From NCBI RefSeq assembly GCF_006345805.1, contig NC_043000.1, positions 25,358,001 to 25,422,000 on the forward strand: a DNA stretch of 64,000 nucleotides. Direction: 5' to 3'. Under the pieces are notes generated by a model. It had not been told where the DNA came from. It did no database searches and saw nothing but the letters and a program-made list of their open reading frames with translations. Positions 53,349 to 64,000 of this stretch are shown piece by piece. The position numbers and the translations under genes are program-made. Within the stretch, counting starts at the first letter, position 1, and the number at the start of each line of letters is the position of its first letter. The stretch comes from Octopus sinensis. Its lineage: Eukaryota.

Positions 53349-54183
53349 GTTCTTTAACAAGATTGAAGGAAGGCGATAAGAAAAGGTCTTTTTTTGAAAA
53401 CAAAAATCAAATAAAAGCAAAGTAGTGTTGTTAAATATATAACCAGTAATTAATTTATGTTTGTGAGCCACTCTCCGTATATGTTTATGCTGCAGTGAAT
53501 GCTGATCATATCCAGATTACAGGATTTACTAAAACATAATATTGTACATGAATAGGCGCGAAGAATGAACATATCTTCTTTGTTATATATCATTGATTCT
53601 TCAGGCGGCGAACAGGCTAAATCGTTAGCATGCCGGACAAAGTGCTTACAGACATATCGTTCAGTGGGACTGAACCCAGAACCATGTGGTTGGTAAGCAA
53701 GCTACTTTCCACACAGCCACTCCTGCGCCTATGTATATATGTGTGTGTGTGTGTGTGGTTGGGAAGCAAGCTTCTTACCACAGAATTCTTTAATGTTTTG
53801 TACATTGAAGAAGTATAACCTGTTTATTGGACATAGAATTTAATAACAAAATCTTATCTGAACCCTCCCTTCCAAAGGTCATATGGACCACCGCCACCCC
53901 ACTCCCCATCTCCAAGGGTCACGTGGACTCCGGGTTGAGACCCACTGATGTAGGCGAAAGTGATGCTGCTGGTGATATTAGTGTTTGTGGTGGAGACAGT
54001 GCTGGTGATGTTGTTGTTGTTGTTGCTATTAGTGGTAGCGGTGGTTGTGGTGGAGGTGTGTTAGCGCAGGAGATGAGACTGAAGCAGTTTGAATGATGAT
54101 GATGATGATGATGATGATGGTTATGGTTGTCATAGTTGAACGGTAACGGTAGGGAGTAACTGAAGTGATAGTAGCATTAGTAG

Positions 54184-54223
<40 letters not shown>

Positions 54224-54225
54224 AT

Positions 54226-54260
<35 letters not shown>

Positions 54261-55105
54261 CTGGAGGGGATGGTCGAGAGTAGAGGTGGTGGTGGTGGTG
54301 GTGGCGATGGTTGTTGGAGCGGTGAGGATCGTCGTAACAGAGATGATGGTGGTGATGATGGTCGTCGTGTTAGCAGTGGTGATTGTGGTGGCAGCGTCGT
54401 AGGTGGTGGTTATGATGGTGGTGGTGGTTGTAGGAACAGCAGCGATGGTAGTAGTGGTGACGGCGGCGGTTAAGGCGACAGCAGTAGCTCTGGTGGCTGC
54501 GGCGGTGGTGGTGGTGGTGGTGGTGGTGGTGGTGGTGGTAATTATTGGTAAAGACTAGCTAATAGTCCTTATGTGGTTTACATAATCACAATCTCTTTTT
54601 AAACGACATATATATATGCATACATATACATCCACATACATATATATTATAAATATGCACACATATACATACATATATATCATGTATGTTATTGGTATAT
54701 ATGTAGGTGTGTATATATTTATACATACATATATATATATATACACCTATATTATATATATGCACACACACCTATATATATACCAATAATATACCTGATA
54801 TGTTTGTATGTATATGCATGTATATATATATATATAATATATGTGATATATAATAATATATATGTATGTAGATTTATATGTATGCATATATAATCTCATC
54901 TTAAACGACATATATATGCATACATATGCATACATATATATATATACACACATATACATACATATATATTTATATTATTAGCATGTATATAGGTGTATAT
55001 ATATACATATACATATACATACATACATACATATATATATAGGTATATGTATATATATATATATATATATAGATATATATATACATATATATATATGTAT
55101 ATGTA

Positions 55106-55142
<37 letters not shown>

Positions 55143-56169
55143 TATATATATATATATATATATATATTGCTGTCTATTTATATATTTGTTTATTTATTTC
55201 TTCATTTATTTTGTCATGTTGGATGTGATTCTATATTGACGTTGTTGGCAACAATTAAATGATATGCCGCATATAAACAGTAGTTAGACAGCGTTAATTA
55301 CAGTATTTTAAACTGTCTTTGATTCACTTCTCTGCTAGACTGGGTTCTAAAACTTCACTTTCCGTCTATAAGAAGGAAAAAAAAAAAAGAAAAAACGGAA
55401 ACGAAATAACCGTATTTAGATAGAATTCGTTTCGATTCGAGAGATTAAAAAAGGAACGGCAATGCCAAACAATATCGACTTTTCTTACGTGTATGTGTGT
55501 ATTGGTACACGAATACTGGCATATATACACGTACAAAGACACACAGACACGCACCTTTACATACTGGCGTCCCCGTAACTTAGCGGTTCGGCAAAAGAGA
55601 ACTGATAGAATAAGCACTACACTTGCAAAGAATAAGTCCTGGGGTCGATTTGCTCGACTAAAGGCGGTGCTCCAGCATGGCCGCAGTCAAATGACTGAAA
55701 CAAGTAGATATACACTTGCTTGATATGAGTGGAATGTAAACCTGGGCACCAAACCGTTAATCCGTTAATCCTTAATTAACGAAGTTAACATTTTCGTTAA
55801 CGATTTAACTTTTAAGTTAACTTTGGAAATCATTATCGGACTAATTAACTTCTGTTACACATAACTTCCGTTAACTCAAGTCAACTTGTGCTAACTTCCG
55901 TTAACTTCAATCGAATTGAAGTTAAAGGATTTTAGTTTTGGTCCTTTTAAAGGTGTTTTTATGTGGTTTTAGAGCAAAAACGGATTTTTTTTCTATAATA
56001 AAAATTAACGTTAACGGTTTATCGACAACTTCCGTTACATTTTGTTTTGGGATTTGGTTTGCAAGATTCTTTATATGAGTTCGTGTGTTGAAGTATATTC
56101 TGTTGTGTCTGGGGAGAGTCTTTCTCTTTTAGTGTCTTATAGTTTAACACACTCACCGTAAAATTTCTA

Positions 56170-56360
56170 CTCATTTACTTGTTTCAGTCATTTGACTGCG
56201 GCCATGCTGGAGCACCGCCTTTAGTCGAGCAAATCGACCCCAGGACTTATTCTTTGCAAGTGTAGTGCTTATTCTATCGGTCTCTTTTGCCGAACCGCTA
56301 AGTTACGGGGACGTAAACACACCAACATCGGTTGTCAAGCGATGTTGGGTGGGGGGACAA

Positions 56361-56413
<53 letters not shown>

Positions 56414-56416
56414 CAC

Positions 56417-56463
<47 letters not shown>

Positions 56464-56640
56464 CATATACATATGTACGACGGGCTTCTTTCAGTTTCCG
56501 TCTACCAAATCCACTCACAAGGCTTTGGTCGGCCCGAGGTTTTAGTAGAAGACACTTGCCCAAGGTGCCACGCAGTGGGACTGAACCCGGAACCATGTGG
56601 TTGGTAAGCAAGCTACTTGACACGCAGCCACTCCTGCGCC
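56170..56640 (-). mobile_element. CORE-type tRNA SINE, full length
   Basis: Complete, close to the window consensus. Confidence 0.9.
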
Positions 56641-56744
56641 TACTAAGTTATTTTCCTAAAATTTTCGTTGCGTCTTGGAACCTTTTCAATAGTTACACTT
56701 TTAGAGAATCATCGATTAATGGTGCTCACCTTTGATAGACTGTA

Positions 56745-56945
56745 AGATGGCGAGCTGGCAGAGTCGTTAGCAGGACAGACAAAATGTTTAGCATCATTTC
56801 CTCCGTCTTTGCGTTCTGAATTCTAATTCCACTGAGGTTGACTTTGCCTTTCATCCTCTCAGGGTCGATAAAATAAGCACCAGCTGATTCCCTCCCCCGT
56901 CCCCCAAAATTGCTGGGCTTGTGCCAAAATTTGAAACTAATATGA
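56745..56945 (+). mobile_element. tRNA/Meta-like SINE, tail type B
   Basis: GGCGAGCTGGCAGAGTCG..GAGGTTGACTTTGCCTTTCATCC..CCCCAAAATTGCTGGGCTTGTGCCAAAATTTGAAAC. Confidence 0.8.
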
Positions 56946-57094
56946 GTGGAATGTTCTTTCAAAATCCCCAGAAATCAAAAAAAGGGACTTCCAATGAACT
57001 GGTCTTCTCCTGCAGATACCTTAGTCGGTTTATGAATCACTTAGATTTGAAAAGAGAAATAGAGAAATGGCAAGGATCTCACTCCTGTTGAACT

Positions 57095-57412
57095 GGATCT
57101 CCGTCGGTTATGACGACGAGGGTCCCATTTGATCCGATCAACGGAAAAGCCTGCTCGTGAAATTAATGTGCACATGGCTGAGCACTCTACAGGCACGTGT
57201 AGCCTTAATGTAGTTCACTGCGAGGTTCAGCCTGACACAGGATGTCACAAGGCTGGTCCTTTGAAATACAGGTACTACTCATTTTTGCCAGGTGAGTGGA
57301 CAAGAACAAAGTGAAATAAAGTGTCTTGCTCAAGGACACAACGTATCACTGGAAATCGAACTTATGACCTTGAGATTGTGAGACGAAAGGCTTAACAATT
57401 AAGCCACGCGCC
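57095..57412 (-). mobile_element. tRNA/CORE-like SINE with the same 3' tail as 48536-48924
   Basis: GTGTCCTTGAGCAAGACACT core; tail homologous to 48740-48915. Confidence 0.75.
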
Positions 57413-57436
57413 TTGAGAAACTGTATACCTACTTTT

Positions 57437-57692
57437 GTGGAGGCACATGGCCTAGTGGCTAGAGAAGCGGACTCGCGGTCGAGGGATCGCGGGTTCGAAT
57501 CTCCGACCGGGCGATGTGAGCGTTTATGAGCGAAACACCTAAGCTCCACACGGATCCGGCAGAAGGTAATGGCGAACTTCTGCTGACTCTTTCGCTACAG
57601 CATTCTCTCACTCTTTCCTCTTACAGCACACCTGCGACGGACCAGCGTCCCGTCCAGGTGGGGAACCTACATTCCAAGGAAACCGAAAAACC
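57437..57692 (+). mobile_element. tRNA SINE, head type 3, third tail variant
   Basis: GTGGAGGCACATGGCCTAGTGG..GGGTTCGAATCTCC; tail GACCAGCGTCCCGTCCAGG. Confidence 0.75.
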
Positions 57693-57907
57693 TGTCGAGA
57701 ATTTCTTTAACATCCGACCTTGTAGAGTAGTAGGCATTACGACCATCAACCGACTTCTTCCAAGAATTTCCTGGATGTCCCGTGTGGAATTCCTTTAAAA
57801 ATGAGTGAAGATTTTGTCTGTATAGTGCAGGAGTGGCTGTGTGGTAAGTAGCTTGCTTACCAACGACATGGTTCCGGGTTCAGTCCCACTGCGTGACATC
57901 TTGGGCG

Positions 57908-57999
57908 CCTGGTACTTAATTTATCGACCCCGAAAGAATGACAGGCAAAGTCGACCTCAGCGGAATTTGAACTCAGAACGTAACGGCAGACGAAATACG
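57908..57999 (-). mobile_element. 3' part of the Meta-like SINE interrupted by the LINE
   Basis: Contains the B-box and core; ends at TSD copy 57984-57999. Confidence 0.9.
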
Positions 58000-58247
58000 A
58001 ATTTCTTTATTGCCCACCGGGGGCCAAACATAGATATGGACAGTACAACTGATGGGATCAGTGAATCGATATGATTTTACATAAATGTGACATCAAAAAT
58101 AAAATACAATACATAAAAATCGAATGGAATACACAGTACAAAAACAATACAAATGAAGCGATGATCAAGTTACGCTCCGATCCCACAAGCCCCGATCTAC
58201 CGCTGATACCTTTTTATTTTTCCTTTTTTTTTTTTTTCCTCGTCTAT

Positions 58248-61200
58248 TCACACGGTTCCTTGCACGCACAACACTCGTGCAACATACTTCCATCTCTTTT
58301 GGAACGTACACTCTGACAGACACCTCTTCTCCAGCCACAGTTTCCTTTTCAAATGAAAAGAAAAAAGGATCGTAAATTGTCACCAGAGATAAAGTTGCCT
58401 GTCTTAATTCCTTTTATCCTAGTATTCCATACAGCCTCTTTTGCTATTGCTACAACCGTGAGAAAACAATTCTTACCTTCGTTCGTTAGAACTCCCGGTG
58501 GGTCAATTTTTATAATTGACTCAGTCGACAGCCGTACTCTTCCTTCGCCGGACAACAGATTCAGCATAAGCCCACATTTCAGTTATCTCCGGACACTGAA
58601 CAATAGCGTGAGGGACGGTTTCCCTGTCCCCACCGCATCTTGGACAGGTCGGCGACTGACGTTTACCATGTCTTGCGAGCTTATCCCAAACGGGCAAGGC
58701 ACCTCTGTAGCATTGCCAGGTTAAGGACTTTTGGAAGTTGTCCAACGTTCTCAACCCGAATGTACGATGAAACAAGCTGTCCAGTTGAATAAATCCGAGA
58801 CCTAGAGTCGACCCCAGGCCATCGTCGCATTCAGACTCTACCAACCCACTATATAAAATCCGTGTGGAACCCCCACCGCTGGCGTTGCCCGACGAGCGCG
58901 GAACAGCAAGAGGGCCTTACGGCACTCTTTATGCCACTCACTCGACCTCGGTCTACGAGAACACCAGGCTTCCTGTTCGCAAAAACTCTTGAACTCAGGG
59001 AACATTTGTCTGGCCAGCGGAGACCACACCCGTTCACTATCCAGGAGAATCCAGAGGTGCCTCAACCTCAACGCATGTCTGCGCATCATTAACCAAGGCA
59101 TCCCTAAACCTCCATTTAAAGGCTTTTGACAGCAGACAGAGCGTTTCACAAGTGGCGACCTGCCCTTCCACAAAAAGCGAAAGAGCTGTCTCTCCAACCT
59201 GATCAACCACGAATCCGGACAGGGCACGACAGTCAGGCGGTAGGTAATGACCGATGCGATAAACACATTGGCCACTTCCGCCCTCCCTTTCAGGGATAGC
59301 CACCGCCAAGACCAAGTCTTGACTACTGCAGCCACCCTGCTCAATACCTCCGTCCAGTTCTTCTCTATCTGGAGGCCTGGTCCAAACCAGACTCCCAGCA
59401 ACTTAACCGGTCCCTCCGTCCAGCGCCTAACAACACTGTCTGAAGGCATCGACTTGCCAACCCAGGTGCCGAGCTGCAAGCCGACCGACTTTTCCCGGTT
59501 AATCTTTGCTCCTGCTACCTCCTCGTAAGCCTCAATAGTCTTACCTACTTCACGTAGGCGTACCACTGTGGTTACACTGATAGTGATATCATCCGCGAAA
59601 GCCGTAACAAACTCCTCTAGTCCTGGTTCTCTCGGGATGCCACTCAACCTTTGCAGTAATGGCTCGAGAGCCATCACATACAAAAGTGGTGAAAGCGGAC
59701 ATCCTTGACGAACCGAGCGTCTGATGCAGAACGGCTTCGAAAGGAAACCGTTCACCCGAACTATCGAGTCAATGTTGTGGTACAAAGCGATAAACCACCG
59801 AGGAAGCCAAGGCCCAGGCCAAACCGCGCAAGTACAGTCGCTAGGTATCGATGGTCAACCCTATCAAAAGCTTTAGACTGGTCCAAATGCACCAATGCCC
59901 CACCTTTGCCAGATTTATTACCAAACCTCTCTATGGTATAGCGAATAAGATGGAGGGTATCCTGAATGGTTCTGCCTGGGATGGCACATGTCTGTGCCTC
60001 CCCGACTATACCATTCGCGACACGCGCCAACCTTTTTGCTAGAACCTTGGCCAAAATCTTCACTTCTGCGTTTAACAGAGTGATGGGCTGAAATTCTCTA
60101 GAACGTCCCCCTTGTCCGGGTCCTTTCTGACCAACGTCACTACTCCCCGGCGCACAGATCTGGGGATAAACCCATTCTGTTTCCAGTTCGCGTACACGTC
60201 AGTCAGTAGTTGCCCGAACAAGTCTGGCATACATTATACAGCTCGTACGGAAGACCATCAAGTCCCGGTGACTTACCCGCTTTACAATCGGCCAAAGCCT
60301 CCATCACCTCCTCAAGTGTGATTGGCCCTTCGCAAGACTCCGCATCCGACCCCGAGAGGCACGGCAGCCCGGTAAGAAAGTCCTCGAGGGCTCTCCCACC
60401 ACCAGGACCGCCGTCACCCCCGAACAGCTGGGCGAAGTACTCCCGAAAGACCTCACACATTTTCTCGGGTTCGTTTATCAAGACACCATTTTGATTCGTC
60501 AAAGACCGAATAGAGGAACTATTTCCTTGCCGAGCTTCCACCACTCGGGCCCATCCAGCGGCTTTGATTCCTTCACTTCCCATTGCACGTAACTTAGCTC
60601 TGGTAATACTTCCCATGTGGTGGGCTTCAAGATGCTGGTTTAACTCCAGTCTTTTCACCCTCGCTTGGTCTGTATTACCAGTCCTCCAGGCTTCTTCTAG
60701 TTCCTTAACTAGACCATCTCCTATTTTACGTCCCTTCTTAGCTAAACTTATGCTAAACCTAATAGACTCATATTTGATGGCTCTTTTTAGGGCGTACCAC
60801 CATTTGTTATTAATGATGGTACCTGTTAATGCCCTCTGTATTAACATCTTGATCCGCTTTCTGTACTCCTCAATCGCCAAAAGGGACGTATTGAGTTTCC
60901 AGTAGCCAGATCCTGTCTATGCAACTTATCTACCGTCAGTTTACAGGTAACCATTGTGTGGTCACTGTAGCTGACTAGAAAAAACTGTGGACACTCAACT
61001 ATGGACTTATCTTTTTCTCTAATTAAAATCCTATCTAGATATGTTCTGGTAGACCCGTCACTATTTGACCACGTCCACTGTGGAGTGTTCGGGTGCTCCA
61101 ACCTATATGGATCTGCTAGCTGAAATTGACTTAGCAGATCCCGAAAGCCTGTGTTACATTTTCTGTTCATGTTCGAGTTTGAGCCAACACAATCTGTGTG

Positions 61201-61643
61201 TGCTGCACATATTGTATTAGAGTCTCCTAACACTACTAGTGAATGCGACGTGGCTAGGAACTTTCCTAGGCCACGAAAATATTCAGTTTGCGGGCCAATA
61301 ATGTTGGTGCATAAATAGCGACCAGCCTGATTGTCTTGCCACAACTGAATGTCAAGTCGAGAACGACCAGCCTGCCTTCTGGGTCAGAAAAAACCAACTT
61401 TTTCTCGGCTACCCGGTTTCTTTTTAGTAGGACCAACACCCCACCCCCACCTCCCGCCCGACTCGGAGAAACGTATTTCTCGTAGCCGTTCAGGAGGGGG
61501 AGCAGATCTCTTGGCCCCTTCACCCGGGTTTCCGTTGCAACAATTACATCCAAATTTCTCGACCTGATGTCATTCAGAAAGCGTCCTTGCTTCCAGCTTG
61601 ACAACAGGCCATGAACATTTAAACAACCAATGTGAATAGCCAT
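58248..61643 (-). CDS. LINE ORF2: APE endonuclease, RT and C-terminal Cys-rich finger (~1135 aa if 8 frameshifts are corrected)
   Basis: IGCLNVHGL..ATETR, VAIYAP, GYWKLN, KSPGLDGLP, FRPITLLN, DQSKAFDRVDH, VRQGCPLSPLLY, FADD, CPRCGGDRETVPHAIVQCP; no in-frame stop found. Confidence 0.9.
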
Positions 61644-61654
61644 CACTTACCTGT

Positions 61655-63209
61655 TTAATTAGGATTGTCCGGTGGAGGGGGACCCTCCACCTTTTTTTTA
61701 TCCAGGGTCGGAGGTGGACGGTCTTGGGAAATAGATTTGTCAAAATCCCGTCTCACCACCGACACAGAATTATCAGGTGGAGGGGGAATCTCCACCTTTT
61801 CCTTTTCTCGCGGGATCGGAGCTGGTAATCCATGAAATATCGACTTGTTAAAATCTAATCTCAATGAAGATACAGTCTTTCTGTACTTATTTTGTAGAAT
61901 TCTATAAGTCTTATTTGAGACTTCATATATGTCGTAATTGATAAATTCCTCTGAAAGGTTATCAATTTTTTTTACAGTCTTTATGAGTTGAATGTCTCTC
62001 ATGAGCTCAGTATCTTTAGTGTATACGGCTATTATGCCTTTTTCTTCTTTTTCTCTTCTGGCAGTCTTTTTGGTCGTTGTTCTGTAGTAGTCGCCGCTCT
62101 CGGCTGGGTTGCTGGTTGTATTTTTCTTTTGTTTGTTGTTTTTTTCTCATCTGTTTCTTCTTTATCTTCTTCCTCTTTGTCTTTTTTCTCCTCTTCCTCC
62201 TCTTCTTCATTTTCCTTGCAGTTCCTTCGAATGTGGCCTAATTGACCACATAAAAAACATCGAGGTTTTCGGCCCTCAACAAACACCACGAGGTTCTCCT
62301 CCCCTACCTCAATTGTCTCAGGAATTGTTTGAATTATTTTAGGGTCCGCTTGAATGAGAAGATTAATTGTTTTACCATCCCAGCGTGGGTTTTCCGTAGC
62401 GGTAGCCTGGAGGAGAGTAATTTTTTCTACCTCTTTGATTAGGACTGCCGCCAACAACCACATAGGTTCGACCTCTGGCGGGACCCTTGTAATTTTTATT
62501 CGCGACGTCCTCATCCCCATATAATAGGGTATTAACTCCACGTCGTTCGTTTTCAACGTTTCCACTGAGTTCTTGTGTGCTATTTCTTTATTGGTGAACC
62601 TTACTTCCACCGTTCCGAATTTTTTTCCTCTTCTCAGAAATACTACGTCGCCCAATATTGGCTTTAAGCACTTTTCTATTTTCTCTTCTGACATTCTTTC
62701 AATTTTTCTATTTTGTAGACAATATGTTTTGAAAATTATTGTTTTTTGCTTTTCTTCCTGTAATAACTTTTGCGGAGGTTCAATTTTCACACTGTTGTCA
62801 TTTATTTCCATCATTTTGCTGTATTTCATAATTTCGCTTTTATTCGTCGACAGTATCTGGGTTCCACCCCCAGCAGCCAACGCAAAACTTTTTTTCCATT
62901 TTTTGGTTCTATCTGGATGCTAGGCACATCAATTATTCTCTTCGACACAATGCCTTTGTTCTCTGGCAAAGTCGGAAACTCTTCTGGTGAAAGTTCTGAC
63001 GAGCTCTCAGACACATCTCCAAAAATATCAAATATATTATCCTCTCTGCTATTCCTTCTTGTAGCGGGGGAAACCCCTATTTCCTTGTCTGTAGTTGGCT
63101 CCTCGCCGGACATGTATTTCCTCCTCTCAACAGGAGAAACAAGTATTTCTGCTCCAACGGTAGGCTCCATGCTAGACGACATTCTTCCCCCCAAAGGGGG
63201 AATGAACAA
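61655..63209 (-). CDS. LINE ORF1 (Gag-like, one CCHC zinc knuckle; ~510-518 aa if 2 frameshifts are corrected)
   Basis: CFLCGQLGHIRRNC; three consecutive ORF-track fragments joined by -1 shifts in A-runs. Confidence 0.85.
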
Positions 63210-63346
63210 CGCGTGCTACCACAAGCACTAAGTGTTTTCAATTGAAAACTCCAACAGTTAAGTTATTCAACAGTTTAACAAGAAACAACAGTTGTTAACA
63301 ATATTAACACCACGAAACAGCAATTCTTACTTCACGAACACATGCG

Positions 63347-63410
63347 CGGCAGACGAAATACGGCTACGCATTTCGCCCGACGTGCTAACGTTTCTGCCAG
63401 CTCACCGCCA
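63347..63410 (-). mobile_element. 5' head of the Meta-like SINE interrupted by the LINE
   Basis: GGCGGTGAGCTGGCAGAAACGTTAGCACGTCGGGCGAAATGCGTAGC followed by the TSD. Confidence 0.9.
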
Positions 63411-64000
63411 AATGCATCATCGAAATCTCAAAGTTACAAGATAATGTATTATTAAGTGGAAACAATGCGAGTTAATAAGCATTATATTTGACAGAATAAT
63501 CTGAATGCTAAAGGGTTAATAACACATAAACACCAACAAAATAGTCATGATAGTGTAATAAAGTGACATACACGAGGACTAATTTAAACGCAGGCCTACA
63601 TTTACACCTCAAGAGCTGCCTTTATTTAAGCAAAAAAGCCGTCACTTTGGTTGTGGCCAGCTTAAATTTTGCCCAAAAAGTATTTAAGTAACATCCAAAG
63701 GAAAACATAAATATACGTATATATATTTGTTTGGAGAGGAATTATTGTGCTTTTCAGGAAATTTTATAGTCAGCTCCACGTGGCCGCTGACACGGTGAGA
63801 TTCTGGGTTCGTTTGTTTCTGTTTTGTTTTTTCTTTTACTCGGTTTGAAAAGAGAGTTCTCGAAACAAAACGTTCTGAAGTAGAAGACTTGCTTCCACTT
63901 AATAGAATTATGTAACAGTTCCAAATAATTCGTTCTTTGTATAAATATTTGTTGGACAATATTAACGAAAAATACTTCGCTAAGACTAATTATAGTGTAC

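Larger units (their letters stand above)
58000..63346 (-). mobile_element. Full-length Tx1/L1-clade non-LTR retrotransposon (5.35 kb)
   Basis: Two ORFs; 16-bp TSD CGGCAGACGAAATACG at 57984-57999 and 63347-63362. Confidence 0.93.

Noticed and set aside
55740-56040. GTTAAC-rich segment resembling a hAT subterminal region
   Set aside because: No matching second terminus or TSD found.

Overview
AT-rich eukaryotic DNA dominated by microsatellites and transposable elements. The SINE families and repeat density point to a coleoid cephalopod, most likely Octopus (recognition, not database-verified). No host protein-coding gene can be supported with confidence, and most ORF-track entries are microsatellite artefacts. 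The window holds many tRNA-derived SINEs from three head types, 3' fragments of CR1, R4/Dong and I-like LINEs, a decayed Penelope-like element, a full-length decayed mariner, several MITEs, four non-autonomous Helitrons, several hammerhead-ribozyme-like motifs and a near-perfect 269-bp palindrome. The main result is a full-length Tx1/L1-clade LINE (58000-63346, minus strand) with no in-frame stops, inserted into a tRNA/Meta-type SINE with a 16-bp TSD. One subfamily of that SINE shares the LINE's 3' terminal stem-loop tail, and three SINE copies (junctions at 32839, 42209, 42656) end at the same target nucleotide. This suggests a LINE-SINE pair that targets the SINE itself and builds nested SINE arrays.
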